Below, piece by piece: positions 37,979 through 49,653 of a DNA stretch of 64,000 nucleotides. The notes beneath the pieces are model-generated. The model did not search any database, was not told where the DNA came from, and saw nothing but the letters and a program-made list of their open reading frames with translations. Every line of letters begins with the position of its first letter. Positions within the stretch are counted from its first letter, which is position 1. The stretch is from Hyphomonadaceae bacterium (GTDB lineage Bacteria > Pseudomonadota > Alphaproteobacteria > Caulobacterales > Hyphomonadaceae), in NCBI GenBank assembly GCA_022844345.1, contig JALHLU010000015.1:9680-73679 (forward strand), written 5' to 3'. A program made the translations under genes and the position numbers.

Positions 37979-39786
37979 GCGGCAGCTCCATCGAGCGGGC
38001 GTACAGTGAAGACCTGAAACATCCCTGCGTGCATGTGGTAGAGCATGTGGCAGTGGAAGGCCCAGTCGCCGGGCTCGGCCGTGAAGTCGAACTTCACAAT
38101 CCCGCCCGGAGCGGCAATGACCGTGTGCTTGCGCGGCATGTGGCCTAGAGGGGCCCGGTGGACCAACTCAAAAAAGTGACCATGCAAGTGAATGGGGTGC
38201 GCCATCATGGTGTCGTTGACGAGGCTGACGCGGACACGTTCGTTTTTGCGAAAGGCGTAGGGTGCCGGCTTGTCGGAGAACTTCTTGCCGTCGAAGCCCC
38301 ACATGAATCGCTCCATGTTGCCGGTGAGGCGGATCTCCAGTTCGCGCGAGGGCGCACGTGTGTCGGCGTTCGGCTCCAGTGCGATGAGGTCCTTGTAGAC
38401 AAGAACACGATGGCCAACGCTCTCAAGGCCCTGCCCGGTCTCCCCGGTGCGATCCATCGGCATGGGGGCAATTGACTGCACACCCGGCCCAAGCTCGACC
38501 TGCGGCGCGTTCATCCAGTTTCGCATGGACATGTCCATGCCTTCCATCCCAGCCATATCGCCCATCACATCCGACCCGCGCACGCGCGGCGCCGCCATCC
38601 CAGGTACAGCCACCGCAGCCATACCCGCATGGCCAGCATGCTCGCCCCCGCTCATGCCGCCCATGTCGTGCGCCATGCCCATATCTTTCATGGTCCCCAG
38701 AGGGCGCTCCCGCAGCGGTGGGACCTCCGCTGTCATGCCAAGGCGTGGCGCAAGCGTTGCGCGCGCCATCCCCGAACGATCGACGGCCTCAGCAACCAGC
38801 GTGAAGGCCCGATCTTCGGTCGGCGTGACGATGACGTCATACGTCTCGGCGTTACCGATCTGGAACTCGTCAACCGTGACCGGACGCACATTCTGCCCGT
38901 CGGTCGCCACGACACTAAGCTTCAGGCCGGGAATGCGCACATTGAAAATGGTCTGCGCCGCGGCGTTGATGAAGCGCAGACGGACGCGCTCGCCGGGCGT
39001 GAAGAGACCCGTCCAGTTGTCGGCAGGTCCGCGACCGTTGACGAGGAAGGAATAGACCGCCCCGGTAATGTCCGAGATGTCGGTCGGATCCATGAGCTCG
39101 CGGGCCCACTCCATGCGCTCGGCAAGCGACTGGTCCTGGCCAGCCAGAAGCCCCGCGATGGTCTGCTTCTGAAAATTGAACACACCCGCTTCCTGCTTCA
39201 GCTTTTGGAACAGGCGGTGCGGGTGGATGAAGCTGTAGTCCGACAAAACGATCACATGCTCGCGGTCGTAGGCCACCGGATCGGGACCGGCCGGATCAAC
39301 GATCATCGCTGCGTAGTGTCCCTCCTGCTCCTGCAGTCCGGAGTGACTGTGAAACCAGTAGGTGCCCGACTGTTTCACGGGGAATTCGTAAGTGAAGGTC
39401 TCACCAGCCCGGATTCCCGGAAAGCTGACGCCGGGCACGCCATCCATTTCGAACGGCACCAGCAGCCCGTGCCAGTGGATCGACGTATCTTCTTCAAGCG
39501 TGTTGGTAATATGCAGGCGAACGGTCTGGCCTTCCCTGAGCCGAATGATTGGGCCAGGGACAGTTCCGTTGATGGCGACTGCATGACCCGTCCTGCCATC
39601 AATCGTGATCTGGCTGTGGCCGATCGTCAGGTGGATGTCCGAGCCGGACAGGGTCTGGGTCTCCATGGCGGCAGCAGCGGGTTGCTGGGCCCAAGCGCCG
39701 GGTCCGAACGCCGCAGCGACACTCGAAAGCGCCGTACCAACTAAAAATTGCCGCCGGCCAAGGCCTCGCATCGCCCTGTCGCCCAT
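37975..39786 (-). CDS. copA: multicopper oxidase CopA/PcoA
   Basis: Start at 39786 with GAGGAG 6 nt upstream. Tat signal (GRRQFLVGTAL). HWHG, HSH and HCHMLYHM copper sites. Met/His/Gly-rich insert (MKDMGMAHDMGGMSGGEHAGHAGM...). Confidence 0.92.
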   Translation of the reverse strand: MGDRAMRGLGRRQFLVGTALSSVAAAFGPGAWAQQPAAAAMETQTLSGSDIHLTIGHSQITIDGRTGHAVAINGTVPGPIIRLREGQTVRLHITNTLEEDTSIHWHGLLVPFEMDGVPGVSFPGIRAGETFTYEFPVKQSGTYWFHSHSGLQEQEGHYAAMIVDPAGPDPVAYDREHVIVLSDYSFIHPHRLFQKLKQEAGVFNFQKQTIAGLLAGQDQSLAERMEWARELMDPTDISDITGAVYSFLVNGRGPADNWTGLFTPGERVRLRFINAAAQTIFNVRIPGLKLSVVATDGQNVRPVTVDEFQIGNAETYDVIVTPTEDRAFTLVAEAVDRSGMARATLAPRLGMTAEVPPLRERPLGTMKDMGMAHDMGGMSGGEHAGHAGMAAVAVPGMAAPRVRGSDVMGDMAGMEGMDMSMRNWMNAPQVELGPGVQSIAPMPMDRTGETGQGLESVGHRVLVYKDLIALEPNADTRAPSRELEIRLTGNMERFMWGFDGKKFSDKPAPYAFRKNERVRVSLVNDTMMAHPIHLHGHFFELVHRAPLGHMPRKHTVIAAPGGIVKFDFTAEPGDWAFHCHMLYHMHAGMFQVFTVRPLDGAAA

Positions 39787-39833
39787 CCGTAGCTCCTCGT
39801 CGGAAAGAGTTGCGCGATTGCGCGCCTGCAAAC

Positions 39834-39860
39834 AGTACGCAGGGCGCGCCATAATCCCTC
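39834..39860 (-). promoter_or_regulatory. candidate ECF-type promoter upstream of the multicopper oxidase copA
   Basis: The minus strand reads GAGGGATTATGGCGCGCCCTGCGTACT. It has the same GAGGG-N13-CTGCGTACT layout as 33696-33722, about 49 nt before the ATG. Confidence 0.4.
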
Positions 39861-40069
39861 GGCAAAGTCGCATTGGGGCGCCTGCCCACGCTGCCGTTCG
39901 CGGTCAGCGATCCTGAGACGAATAAGGGCGCCGTTCGCCCGGGGCCCATTCCATCCGCAGCGCCAAATTGGGGGTATGGCCTTCGCAGCAATGGCGGGAC
40001 AGGTCCCCGCTGCCAGCGCTCACGCGGGCGCCTCGATCACCGTGCATCGGCATGAGGCCCGTCAAGCCC

Positions 40070-40570
40070 TCACTGACTGCCGGTATAGCGGCTGAAGACA
40101 CTCTGGCTTCCGTCCGCCCCGAAGGCGACGACCTCATAAGGATCGACGGCCCCGTTGGGTTGCTCCATCCCGGGTGATCCGCGTGGCATCCCCGGCACCG
40201 CGATCCCCTTCACGCCGGCGGGGCGCAGGTCCAGCAAGCGCAGTATATCCTCAGCGGGCACATGGCCTTCGACGACAAGGCTTTCGACCAGAGCGGTGTG
40301 ACAAGACCCGAGGCCAGCTGGAACGCCCAGTCTGCGTTTGAAAGCCGGGAGATCCGGTGCATCAATCATCGTCACGCGAAAGCGGCCCGTCGTCTGTACG
40401 ATCTCTGTCCAGACATGGCAGCAGGGACAGCCAGTATCCCGGCTGACCTGCATGTCATAGATCCGCGGCGCTTGCTGGCACGCGACAACACCCGCAGTGG
40501 CGCCGAGCACGGTTGAGGCGGACAGCCACCGTAGCACCGTCCGCCGTCCGAGTTGTACGTTTTCGGCCAT
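40070..40570 (-). CDS. copG: CopG-family (DUF411) periplasmic metal-binding protein
   Basis: 166 aa with a Tat/Sec-like leader. CPCCHVW motif and the GMPRGSPGME motif typical of DUF411. Confidence 0.85.
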   Translation of the reverse strand: MAENVQLGRRTVLRWLSASTVLGATAGVVACQQAPRIYDMQVSRDTGCPCCHVWTEIVQTTGRFRVTMIDAPDLPAFKRRLGVPAGLGSCHTALVESLVVEGHVPAEDILRLLDLRPAGVKGIAVPGMPRGSPGMEQPNGAVDPYEVVAFGADGSQSVFSRYTGSQ

Positions 40571-40591
40571 TTGGTCTCTTCCTGAACTCGC

Positions 40592-40975
40592 CTACTGCTT
40601 CACAATCCGGCTGATCTTCGTGGGCTCAGCGGCGCTCATGAGATCGAACACGACCATGTCGCCGACCTTGAGGTCCTTCAGCATGGCTGGATCGGTCGTG
40701 GTGAAGCCCATGCTCATGGCATCCCATTTCACTTCGGGTATGGCCTGATGTTCCAGCGTTACCGCGCCTGCTTCGGCATTGATCGCAACGATCTTGCCCA
40801 TGCTGGTGATGGGACCGGCCGCAGCTGGCGCCTCGGCTGCCATGGGCATGTCAGCCATGGCAGGCGCGGACTGCGTTTCAGCGACAGGCGCCGAAGCTGC
40901 GGGCTCCGGCGCCTGAGGTGAACACGCCGCCATCGCCAGAACGCTCAATGTCATCATCAACGTGGTCTTCTGCAT
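40592..40975 (-). CDS. cusF: CusF-like periplasmic Cu(I)/Ag(I) chaperone
   Basis: 127 aa. Lipoprotein-type signal (LAMAAC) and Met-rich linker. Core is GKIVAINAEAGAVTLEHQAIPEVKWDAMSMGF. Begins 1 nt after the cusA stop. Confidence 0.85.
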   Translation of the reverse strand: MQKTTLMMTLSVLAMAACSPQAPEPAASAPVAETQSAPAMADMPMAAEAPAAAGPITSMGKIVAINAEAGAVTLEHQAIPEVKWDAMSMGFTTTDPAMLKDLKVGDMVVFDLMSAAEPTKISRIVKQ

Positions 40976-40976
40976 C

Positions 40977-43900
40977 TTAATCTCCAGAGGGTGCGATCCG
41001 GGTTGTTGCCGACGCGATGTGGGCGCGGCCGCGGCGCCGGATCATGAGGTAAGCCGCGGGAATAACAAAGAGAGACAGCAGCGGGGCGGTGATCATGCCG
41101 CCAACCAGCGGAGCAGCAATCCGGCGCATGACTTCCCCGCCTGCACCGTCTGTCCAGAGAATAGGCAGGAGGCCTGCAAGGACGACGGCGACGGTCATGG
41201 TTTTCGGCCGCAAGCGCAGCAGCGCCCCCTCACGGATCGCCGCCAGGATGGTCACCCCGTCAAGCGCTTCGCCCCGCCGTATGCGATCGTCCAGGGCGTT
41301 GCGCAGATAGAGAAGCATCACCACGCCGAACTCGGCAGCAAGGCCTGCAAGCGCAATGAAGCCCACCCCGACAGCCACCGACAGGTCATAGCCAAGGAGG
41401 TAGACCAGCCAGACGCCGCCGGTCAGCGCGAACGGGATGCTGGCCATGACAATGAGGGCTTCATCGAAGCGCCGGAAGGTCAGGAAGAGCAGCACGAAGA
41501 CGATGGTGAGCGTCACCGGGCCGATCACGGCGAGACGTTCGCCGGCGCGGGCGAGATACTCGAACTGTCCTGCAAACGAGGCCGTGACCCCGGCTGGAAG
41601 TTTTGCCTGCGCGACCGCATCACTCAGCTCCCCAACGACTGAAGCGATGTCGCGGCCGCGTACGTCGACATAGACGAAAGCGGCGAGGCGCCCATTCTCG
41701 CTCCGGATCATCGAAGGCCCGTCCGAGATGCTGATGCGCGCAACATCGTTCAAGGTCAGCAGCAGTCCCATGTCGGTAATGATCGGCAGCTGAGCCAGCC
41801 GCTCCGGCGTGTCCCGTAGCTCGCGCGGATAGCGCAGACTGATCGGATAGCGCGCCCTGCCCTCGACAAACTGACCGATCACCTCGCCGCCTACGGCCCC
41901 GGACACGATCTCCTGCACATCGGCAATGTTGAGGCCAAGGCGGCTTGCGGCCACACGATCAATCTCGATGTCGAGAAAGCGGCCGCTCCCCAGGCGTTCA
42001 GCGGCAGCCGACGAAACGCCGGGCACGCGCTTCGCCAACTGTTCCACAAGGCGAGCAGCTTCGTCGAGCGCGCCCAGTCCTGCCCCGCTGAGCTTTACGC
42101 CGATCGGGCTTTTGACGCCTGTCGCCTGCATGTCGATACGGTTTCGGATCGGAGGGACCCAGACATTGGTCAGGCCCGGGACCCGGACGCGTGCATCGAG
42201 CTCTGCGATGATCCGCTCAGTCGTCATGCCGGCGCGCCATTCAGACATTGGACGCAACCGGATCGTCGTCTCGAACATCTCGATCGGCGCGGGGTCAGTG
42301 GCCGTCTCGGCGCGTCCTGCCTTGCCGAAGACACGCTCGACTTCCGGGACTGTTTTGATGAGCCGGTCCGTCTGCTGAAGGAGTTCGGAGGCCTTGGCAG
42401 CCGACAGGCCAGGTTGCGCGGTCGGCATGTAGAGCAGATCGCCCTCGTCCATCGCCGGCATGAACTCCGCGCCAGAGCGCACCAGTGGCCACGCCGCAGT
42501 TGCAAGCACCAGAACCGCGGCCACAATGACGAGCGCCGGCCGCTTGAGTGCAAGGTCGAGCGCCGGACGGTAGGCAGAAGCCAAGGCCCTGTTCACCGGA
42601 TTTGCGTGCTCGTCCGGTATGCGTCCCCGGATCCAGTAGCCCATCAGCACCGGCGTCAGCGTGACAGCGAGGGCGGCCGCCGCCGCCATCGCGTAGGTCT
42701 TGGTGAAGGCAAGCGGTGCAAACAGCCTTCCCTCCTGAGCCTCCAGCGTAAACACGGGGAGGAAGGAGAGCGTGATGATCATGAGACTGAAGAACAGCGC
42801 CGGGCCGACCTCCAGCGAGGCCTGCGTAATGACCTGCCAGTGGTCGGTTCCAGACGGCATTTGTCCGTCATGATCTGCGCGCCACTGTTCGAGCCGCTTG
42901 TGGGCATTCTCGACCATGACAATCGCGGCATCCACCATCGCGCCGATGGCAATGGCGATGCCGCCGAGCGACATGATGTTGGCCTCGACGCCTTGTGCGC
43001 GCATGACCAGGAACGCCGCTGCGATCCCGAGCGGCAAGGTGACGATGGCCACGAGCGCCGACCTCAGGTGGAAGAGGAAGAGCGCGCACACGATCGCGAC
43101 GACGATGAATTCCTCGATCAGCTTGTGGGACAGGTTTTCGACTGCCCGATCGATCAGGATCGAACGATCATAGGTGGTGACAATCTCGACGCCTTGCGGG
43201 AGGCGCTCTTTCAGGCTCGCCAGCTTCGCCTCGACGCCAGCAATCACCTCGCGCGGGTTGGCGCCGGTGCGCATGACAATGACACCGCCGGCGACCTCGC
43301 CTTCGCCATCGAGTTCGGCAATCCCACGCCGCATCTGGGGTCCGACTTCGACCCAGGCCACATCGCCAAGCGTCACCGCCGTGCTGGCGCCAGCCGCCTT
43401 GACCGGGATGCTCTGAAAATCCTCCAGGGTCCGCAGATAGCCGCTTGCGCGCACGACGTGGTCCGCCTCAGCGATCTCGATGGATGCGCCGCCGGCTTCC
43501 TGGTTGGCGCGCGCGACAGCCTCCGCCACCATGCGCTGCGAGATCGCGTAGGCGGCCATCTTCTGCGGATCGAGGACGATCTGATACTGCCGGACCATGC
43601 CGCCAATGGACGCGACTTCAGCGACGCCGGGCACGGATTTGAGTTCGAACGCGAGCAGCCAGTCCTGCAGGGCGCGGAGCTGGCCCAGGTCGTGGGCGCC
43701 GGTGCGATCGACCAACGCATACTGGTAGATCCACCCGACGCCGGTGGCGTCCGGTCCAATGCTCGAGCGGGCCGCCTCGGGCAAGCGCTCGCGGGCCTGA
43801 CTCATGTATTCGAGCACGCGCGAGCGCGCCCAATAGAGATCAACACCTTCCTCGAAGATCACATAGACGAAGCTGTCGCCGAAGAAGGAATAGCCGCGCA

Positions 43901-44144
43901 CGCTGCGCGCACCTGGCACGGACAGCATGGCCGCGCTCATCGGATAAGTAATCTGATCCTCGACGATCTGCGGCGCCTGTCCTGGATAACTGGTCCGCAC
44001 CACGACCTGGACATCCGAGAGGTCCGGCAAGGCGTCGACGGGTGCTGACCTGATCGCCAACGCGCCTGCACCCGCAAGCGCAAGTGCTGCGAGCACGACG
44101 AGGAAGCGGTTGGCGACCGACCAGCGGATGATTGCGGCGATCAT
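40977..44144 (-). CDS. cusA: Cu(I)/Ag(I) HME-RND efflux pump CusA
   Basis: 1055 aa. [15 protein letters not shown] signature of the monovalent-cation class rather than DFG..DGA. Typical CusA N-terminus. Confidence 0.93.
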   Translation of the reverse strand: MIAAIIRWSVANRFLVVLAALALAGAGALAIRSAPVDALPDLSDVQVVVRTSYPGQAPQIVEDQITYPMSAAMLSVPGARSVRGYSFFGDSFVYVIFEEGVDLYWARSRVLEYMSQARERLPEAARSSIGPDATGVGWIYQYALVDRTGAHDLGQLRALQDWLLAFELKSVPGVAEVASIGGMVRQYQIVLDPQKMAAYAISQRMVAEAVARANQEAGGASIEIAEADHVVRASGYLRTLEDFQSIPVKAAGASTAVTLGDVAWVEVGPQMRRGIAELDGEGEVAGGVIVMRTGANPREVIAGVEAKLASLKERLPQGVEIVTTYDRSILIDRAVENLSHKLIEEFIVVAIVCALFLFHLRSALVAIVTLPLGIAAAFLVMRAQGVEANIMSLGGIAIAIGAMVDAAIVMVENAHKRLEQWRADHDGQMPSGTDHWQVITQASLEVGPALFFSLMIITLSFLPVFTLEAQEGRLFAPLAFTKTYAMAAAAALAVTLTPVLMGYWIRGRIPDEHANPVNRALASAYRPALDLALKRPALVIVAAVLVLATAAWPLVRSGAEFMPAMDEGDLLYMPTAQPGLSAAKASELLQQTDRLIKTVPEVERVFGKAGRAETATDPAPIEMFETTIRLRPMSEWRAGMTTERIIAELDARVRVPGLTNVWVPPIRNRIDMQATGVKSPIGVKLSGAGLGALDEAARLVEQLAKRVPGVSSAAAERLGSGRFLDIEIDRVAASRLGLNIADVQEIVSGAVGGEVIGQFVEGRARYPISLRYPRELRDTPERLAQLPIITDMGLLLTLNDVARISISDGPSMIRSENGRLAAFVYVDVRGRDIASVVGELSDAVAQAKLPAGVTASFAGQFEYLARAGERLAVIGPVTLTIVFVLLFLTFRRFDEALIVMASIPFALTGGVWLVYLLGYDLSVAVGVGFIALAGLAAEFGVVMLLYLRNALDDRIRRGEALDGVTILAAIREGALLRLRPKTMTVAVVLAGLLPILWTDGAGGEVMRRIAAPLVGGMITAPLLSLFVIPAAYLMIRRRGRAHIASATTRIAPSGD

Positions 44145-45577
44145 CGCGCAGCGTCCGCTTTGCGAAGCGCCGTCAGTTCATAGCTCGAGCCGACCTTGCG
44201 AAACGAGAATTCGACCGCATCCCCCACGGCAATGCCGCGATCGACCTCGCCCCAGCCGAACGCCATTGTCATCTCGGGCCAGGCGAGTTGGGGCACAGGC
44301 GCGTGGGAAAGCGTGACGCCGCTGGCGTCGATGGCGGTCACCCGCCCGGTCGACGAATAGACATCGAGTGCCGCGGAGGACGAACCACGCAGGCGTTCAA
44401 GCACGCCTGTCAGGTTGGCTTCGGAGTCGATCAGGAACTGGCCTGACGCGACAACACGCTGGCCTTCGCTGACACCTGACACGATCTGGAGACGGTCGCC
44501 GATCGCGGCGCCCAGCGTCACCTCCACAGGCTCAAAGCCACCGCCTTCGTTCGCGACGATGACAAGCGACCGGCGTCCCGTCCGGATCACCGCCTCGGAG
44601 GGTACGGTGATCGCGGCCTCCCTGCTAGCGCCCGACAGGGTCACGTCGCCTGTCATGCCGGGACGAAGACGCCCGTCGCGATTGTCGAGCGTGACCCTCA
44701 CTTCGACCGTTCGATTGACGAGGTTTGCGCCTGGAAGCAGCGCATCGATCCGGCCGGTGAATGCTTCTCCGTCAAACGCGGGAAAGGTCGCGCGTGCGGA
44801 GGCGCCGGCCTTTAGTCCGCCGAGCGAGCCCTGCGGGACCGATGCGACCAGCCACACGGGCGACAGTCCGCTGATCGTGGCGATCGGCTCGCCCGCACCG
44901 AGCGCAGCGCCGGGACGCGCGTCGAGCGCCATAACGGCACCCGCTACAGGCGCGCGCACCGTGAAGGTGGTCGGTGCGAGATTGCGCCTTTCGGCGGCTG
45001 CAATCGCATCGCCTGGAACGCCCAGCGCATCGAGCCGGAGGCGCGCTGCGGTCGCAAGCCTTGCCTCTGATCCCGCGCGCAGCGCCAGATATTCCGCCAG
45101 CGCCCCACTCCACGCCGGCACACGCATGTCGATCAAGGGATCGCCTGCGCGCACAACGTCACCGACGGCTCGGCCATGGCCGCGATCGACGAAGCCGTCC
45201 TGCTTGGCCTGCACTGTTGCGAGCGACCGATCATTGTAGATGAGCGTGCCCGACGCCCGAATCTCTGCGCCCGCTGATGTCAGCTCGACGGCGGCAAGGC
45301 GGATGCCCAGATTCTGGACCATGCCAGGACTGATCGCGACGCCGGCCTGCGCCTGGGCTTCGCCCGCAAAACGCGGCACAAGATCCATGTCCATGAAGGG
45401 CGACTTGCCGGGCTTGTCGAAATGGGTATCCGGCATCATCGGATCGTACCAGTAGAGGACAGCCCGCTCATCCACCGCTGCCGCGGGCTGCTGTCGTCCC
45501 AGCCAAAAGCCAGTCGCGCCGACAAATGCTGTTGCGAACGCGAGGGACACCGCGATCAAAACGCGCCTGCGTGTCAT
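44141..45577 (-). CDS. cusB: CusB periplasmic adaptor
   Basis: 478 aa. The [27 protein letters not shown] motif is characteristic of CusB. ATGA overlaps on both sides. Confidence 0.9.
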   Translation of the reverse strand: MTRRRVLIAVSLAFATAFVGATGFWLGRQQPAAAVDERAVLYWYDPMMPDTHFDKPGKSPFMDMDLVPRFAGEAQAQAGVAISPGMVQNLGIRLAAVELTSAGAEIRASGTLIYNDRSLATVQAKQDGFVDRGHGRAVGDVVRAGDPLIDMRVPAWSGALAEYLALRAGSEARLATAARLRLDALGVPGDAIAAAERRNLAPTTFTVRAPVAGAVMALDARPGAALGAGEPIATISGLSPVWLVASVPQGSLGGLKAGASARATFPAFDGEAFTGRIDALLPGANLVNRTVEVRVTLDNRDGRLRPGMTGDVTLSGASREAAITVPSEAVIRTGRRSLVIVANEGGGFEPVEVTLGAAIGDRLQIVSGVSEGQRVVASGQFLIDSEANLTGVLERLRGSSSAALDVYSSTGRVTAIDASGVTLSHAPVPQLAWPEMTMAFGWGEVDRGIAVGDAVEFSFRKVGSSYELTALRKADAAR

Positions 45578-46806
45578 TGTGCGCCCTCGCCGTATTCAAG
45601 GATCAGATAGGCGCCGGCCCGGCTCAGCAGCCGCTCAAGTTCGAGACGGTCAAGGTCGACTTCACGTGCTTCGAGACGCAGGCCGAACACTGCCTCAAGT
45701 TGAGCTGCGCCAGCGGCAAGTTGAGCAACAGCAATCTCTTCCCGCTTCGCCGCCAGCGGCGCGACGACCTCCGTCAGGCGTGTGAGTCGCTGCCGCAGAC
45801 TTGCATGTTCGGCCAGGCGCGATTCCAGCATGGCGAGATGCTCGCGCAGCACAGCGTCTTTCAGCAGACCCGCGCGCCGCACATCGGCCCTGCGAGCATC
45901 GATGATGGGGGCCTGACGATCCGACTGGAAGAGCGGCAGGCTGAACTTCAAACCGAACGAGACCATGTCGCCGAAATCGGGGTCGCGGCGGCCATACATG
46001 AGCGACCACGACCAGTCCGGGTCTCGGGCTGCCCGGGCCAGGGCCAGCGCCGCTTCGGCGCGCCCCACATCAGCCTTTGCCCCTGCCAGTTCAACATGGT
46101 GTTCGACGTGCGCGCGGAGCGCGGCCGCATCGATCCAAAATGCTGGCGCCGATGCGCCGATCCCGTCCGCCCCGACTGGTCCAATCCACCGCTCAAGCTC
46201 GGCGCGGGCCATCACCCGCTCCGCCTGCGCATCAGCAATACGGTCCTGAAGGCGTGCAAGGCTCAACCTGACGGCCAGCGCGCCGTCTGACGTGGAAGAG
46301 CCGGCGCCGGCGCCTGCGACAGTGGCCCGCTCAAGTTCCATCGCCTGGCGCTCGAGGTCGGCAAGCGCCTGCAGCTTCGCCTCGGCATAGTAGAGATCGA
46401 TCCAGGCATAGGCAGCAGCGCGCTGCGCCTCCAGTTGCGCGACGCCGACACCTGCTTCCGAGGCGCGGACATCGGCTTGGGCGACGCCTTCCCGCGCGCG
46501 GCGTGTAGCATCGCTTGGCACATCCTGCATGACGCCAATACTGGCCATCGTCATGTCGTCACGGTTGAGCCTGAACCTGTCGGGGCCGCTGACAGGTACA
46601 TTGTCGAGGCCCAACGCCAGTTGCGGATCAGGCAATTGCCCCGCGGGCCTTACAGAGCCTCGCGCACTATCGAGCGCCGCTCGCTCCGCTTCGACGGTGG
46701 GAGAGGTGCTTGCCGCGCGCTCAAGAGCCTGAGCGAAGGTGACGGGATCCGCCCACGCGGTCGGCGCGAGGCCGACGGCGCAGGACAATAGCCATGCCTG
46801 ACGCAT
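45574..46806 (-). CDS. cusC: CusC outer-membrane factor
   Basis: 410 aa, TolC/OEP family. First large gene of the cus operon. Confidence 0.88.
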   Translation of the reverse strand: MRQAWLLSCAVGLAPTAWADPVTFAQALERAASTSPTVEAERAALDSARGSVRPAGQLPDPQLALGLDNVPVSGPDRFRLNRDDMTMASIGVMQDVPSDATRRAREGVAQADVRASEAGVGVAQLEAQRAAAYAWIDLYYAEAKLQALADLERQAMELERATVAGAGAGSSTSDGALAVRLSLARLQDRIADAQAERVMARAELERWIGPVGADGIGASAPAFWIDAAALRAHVEHHVELAGAKADVGRAEAALALARAARDPDWSWSLMYGRRDPDFGDMVSFGLKFSLPLFQSDRQAPIIDARRADVRRAGLLKDAVLREHLAMLESRLAEHASLRQRLTRLTEVVAPLAAKREEIAVAQLAAGAAQLEAVFGLRLEAREVDLDRLELERLLSRAGAYLILEYGEGAQ

Positions 46807-46868
46807 GTGATGTCCATGTATCGATGTGGATGCTTGCGACGCACGTCTTGCGCATCGCGCTCAAGCAA

Positions 46869-47216
46869 TCACGCCGTACGCGGCGGCCGCCAGAGCCCGG
46901 CTGGCGCCGTGGCATGCACCGCCTGCTGGTCGCGTGGAGATATGGCGACGGCGACCTCCACCCTTGCGGACTTCAGGATCGGCACGAGCGGTTCGACGGC
47001 ATGAGTCGCGCGGCAAGACTGTCCGAGCTGACACTCGATTGAATTGTCGTGATGGTCTGACGGCTGGGGCGCAGGCTGCTGGTCGGGGCAGCAATCATGC
47101 GAGGCCGAAGCAGCCTCGGCCTGCTTGTAGGGACAGGCTTGGCCCGCCCAAGCGCTCGCAGTCGCGCTGACGGCGAGTGAAATAACGAGCAGAATGGCGA
47201 ACCATAGACGGCGCAT
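46869..47216 (-). CDS. small secreted Cys/His-rich protein preceding cusC
   Basis: 115 aa counted from the ATG at 47216. Signal peptide MRRLWFAILLVISLAVSATASAWA. Contains SHDCCPDQQ...DHHDNSIECQLGQSC and ends in GLWRPPRTA. Confidence 0.6.
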   Translation of the reverse strand: MRRLWFAILLVISLAVSATASAWAGQACPYKQAEAASASHDCCPDQQPAPQPSDHHDNSIECQLGQSCRATHAVEPLVPILKSARVEVAVAISPRDQQAVHATAPAGLWRPPRTA

Positions 47217-47469
47217 CGTCCGGCAAACCTGATCCCTCGCGCCGGTCTGGTCAAGGCGCGCGACAGTCGCAATGTAGTGAGTGCGCTTCGACACGGCGTT
47301 AGTGGGGCAACCCAAATTGCGGGCGGGACATGTCTCGCGATCCCACGCCAGCACGTTAACCAACACGCGATGGTCGCCACTCTCGCTGCGGCCTTGGCGA
47401 CTGCACAAGCTCTTTCGCCGCGTGCGCGCGAAACGGGGAGCAGCCTTCCCGGCCGCTCCCCTTCCCGGT

Positions 47470-49389
47470 TCACTCAGCCGCCACGGCGGCGTAACCAGCA
47501 TCCGTCACTTCGAAGGAACCGGCTGCCATTGCCGTGATGATAAAGTCCGGCAGGTAGGCGACGCCGGCAAATGCCTCCTCGACTTTCGTCGCAAGCTCGT
47601 CGCGCTTCAACTTCGCGTAGGCCTTCAAGACGTCCGCGCGCTGGTCACAGGCCATGGCCTCGATGCGCGGGGCTGTCTCGACAGCTGCGATCAGTTGGGC
47701 CTTCGACAAGCGTGACCAGTAGCTGGCATCCGCCCGCCAGTGATGGCTCATGTCAATGTCCAGCGCCATCGCCAGGCGATCGGCACACGCACGTCGCGAA
47801 GCGTCCCCGGAGGCGCCCTTCTCATGCGTCAGATCAATCGCGGCAGCCGTCAAAACCGCGAGGATGCCGAGGAGGTCCGGCGCCGGTCGGGAAAGACACC
47901 ATTCCAGGACGTCGGCCTCCTGCGGAAGCCGGGCCGCCAAGCTGCCACGGGTGTCAGCAAACGCGTCATCGTCCTCGACAGACGCTGCGTGCGCGGAGAT
48001 GCCCACACCGGCGAGGTCGCACCTGAACGCGGACCGAGAGATGAACGCCGCGACCGCGACAGCCAGCGCCGTTTCAGGTCGCTCGGCGAGCCTCATCCGG
48101 ATTGCACGCGTGCGCGCCAGCGACAGGTCTCGGATAACCGTCTTCGGCAGATCAATATCAGAGGCAGGCCCCTGTCCTGCGGGCTCGACGTCAGGGATAT
48201 CCTCGTCCGTCTGACCCGCTTCCTCCCTGGCGGCCTTCGCAAGGAGCGCACGCACAGTCTTCTCATCGTCCTGCCGAATGAACCCGCATGTGGCGCATGA
48301 ATGTCCGTCGAAATCGATCGAAAGCACGACGCCCGCATGGGCGATCAGCGTCGGCGGCCAGACGCGTGCGGCTTGACGGATGGTTTCCAGTTGGCCGGCG
48401 AGCGTGTCACGGGCTTCCCAGCGCGGATCGTCCTCGACGCTGTCCTGGTCAAGCGCTTCGTCGAGCGTGTCGATCTCGGATTGCAAACGCTGAAGTTCCG
48501 CCTCTTCTTCCGGCGTCGCGTCGCGCCAGATGGGCTGAAGGCGTGAAGCCGCATAGCCATCAGGGCGTCCCTGTCCAAGATGGGCGTCGACCCAGCCCCA
48601 TCCCTGATCAAGCCAGGCTTGTCGCCCGGCTTCGAGTTTTTCTTCGGCCAGTCGGGCAACCAACGCTGGATCATCGATATACACTGCATCAGCATCAAAC
48701 AGATCACGTGTGACCGCGCCGCCTGCGCGTTCGTAGGCCTCGAGTCCAATGTATTTCACGAGACGGTCTGACGCGCGAACGCGCCCTTCCATGAGCCTTG
48801 CGCGCACCGACGTCGCGTGAGTCACGGGCTTTCCCAGGCTCTTGAACACCGCGTCCTGCTGCGCGTGATCCTCGACCAGGCAGAAGGCGCGCGCCGCATC
48901 GAGGCTGACATCGCCCCGCTTCCACGCAGCCTTGATCCGGGGCGACAATCCCGAAAGCGCGAGTCGCTGATCGACGTGGCGGCGTGTCACGCCAAAGCGA
49001 CGCGCAACATCCTCAGGTGTCCCGCCATCGGCGATCAGCGCGCCGTAGGCTTCCACCTCGTCAATCGCGTCCATGCCAACGCGATGAACATTCTCGGTCA
49101 GCGAAACTTCTCGCCCCTCTCCGATCGTCACAATATTGCAGGCAACCGGATGATCTTTCGGAATGATCTTGTCGCGCGCCAGCTGCTTCAATGCCGCCAG
49201 CCTGCGCCCGCCTGCGTCGACTTCGAATTTTCCATCTTGATTCGCGACGACGCAGAGGTTCTGCAGAAGACCGCATGCAGCGATGGAGGCGGCAAGCGCA
49301 TCGACATCGATCTTGCGATCCGTCTTTCTGACATTGCGCGGTGAAGCAACGAGCTTGTTGAGTGGAATCATTTGAAGAGCGGACGTCAT
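47470..49389 (-). CDS. large ParB/Srx-domain protein of conjugative elements
   Basis: 639 aa counted from the ATG at 49389, with an AAGGAG RBS. N-terminal ParB box (LVASPRNVRK...GGRRLAAL) and a long C-terminal extension. Confidence 0.85.
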   Translation of the reverse strand: MTSALQMIPLNKLVASPRNVRKTDRKIDVDALAASIAACGLLQNLCVVANQDGKFEVDAGGRRLAALKQLARDKIIPKDHPVACNIVTIGEGREVSLTENVHRVGMDAIDEVEAYGALIADGGTPEDVARRFGVTRRHVDQRLALSGLSPRIKAAWKRGDVSLDAARAFCLVEDHAQQDAVFKSLGKPVTHATSVRARLMEGRVRASDRLVKYIGLEAYERAGGAVTRDLFDADAVYIDDPALVARLAEEKLEAGRQAWLDQGWGWVDAHLGQGRPDGYAASRLQPIWRDATPEEEAELQRLQSEIDTLDEALDQDSVEDDPRWEARDTLAGQLETIRQAARVWPPTLIAHAGVVLSIDFDGHSCATCGFIRQDDEKTVRALLAKAAREEAGQTDEDIPDVEPAGQGPASDIDLPKTVIRDLSLARTRAIRMRLAERPETALAVAVAAFISRSAFRCDLAGVGISAHAASVEDDDAFADTRGSLAARLPQEADVLEWCLSRPAPDLLGILAVLTAAAIDLTHEKGASGDASRRACADRLAMALDIDMSHHWRADASYWSRLSKAQLIAAVETAPRIEAMACDQRADVLKAYAKLKRDELATKVEEAFAGVAYLPDFIITAMAAGSFEVTDAGYAAVAAE

Positions 49390-49653
49390 TTGGAACTCCT
49401 TCGAATTCCCGGGTGCATAGGCAATGCCGGGGGCCGCTCCGGCGGCCGACAGCGGTGGGCGCCTGCCGGTCAGGACGGCGCTCAAGGGCGAAGAGCGCAG
49501 CGTCCCTTGAACGGCGGACGCGGCAGGTGATGACGCAGAGGCCACGCCGAGCGGCTGAAGGCAGCACCGCGGCAAAGAGCCAAGCGCTTGCTCAAGCTGC
49601 AGTCAGCTGACCCATTTTAATGTCCGCTAGTCGCCGGAAAAGGGCACGAGGTC

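Noticed and set aside
42414-44048. 544-aa ORF antisense to cusA. Similar long shadow ORFs occur at 36932-37951 (vs copB), 33721-34590 (vs copC/copD), 57267-58223 (vs the LysR gene), 6698-7456 (vs czcA), 5027-5923 and 5494-6135 (within the ATPase)
   Set aside because: These are typical high-GC shadow frames. Their composition is Arg/Gly/Pro/Asp-rich with no motifs. Each is fully contained in a gene with strong family signatures.
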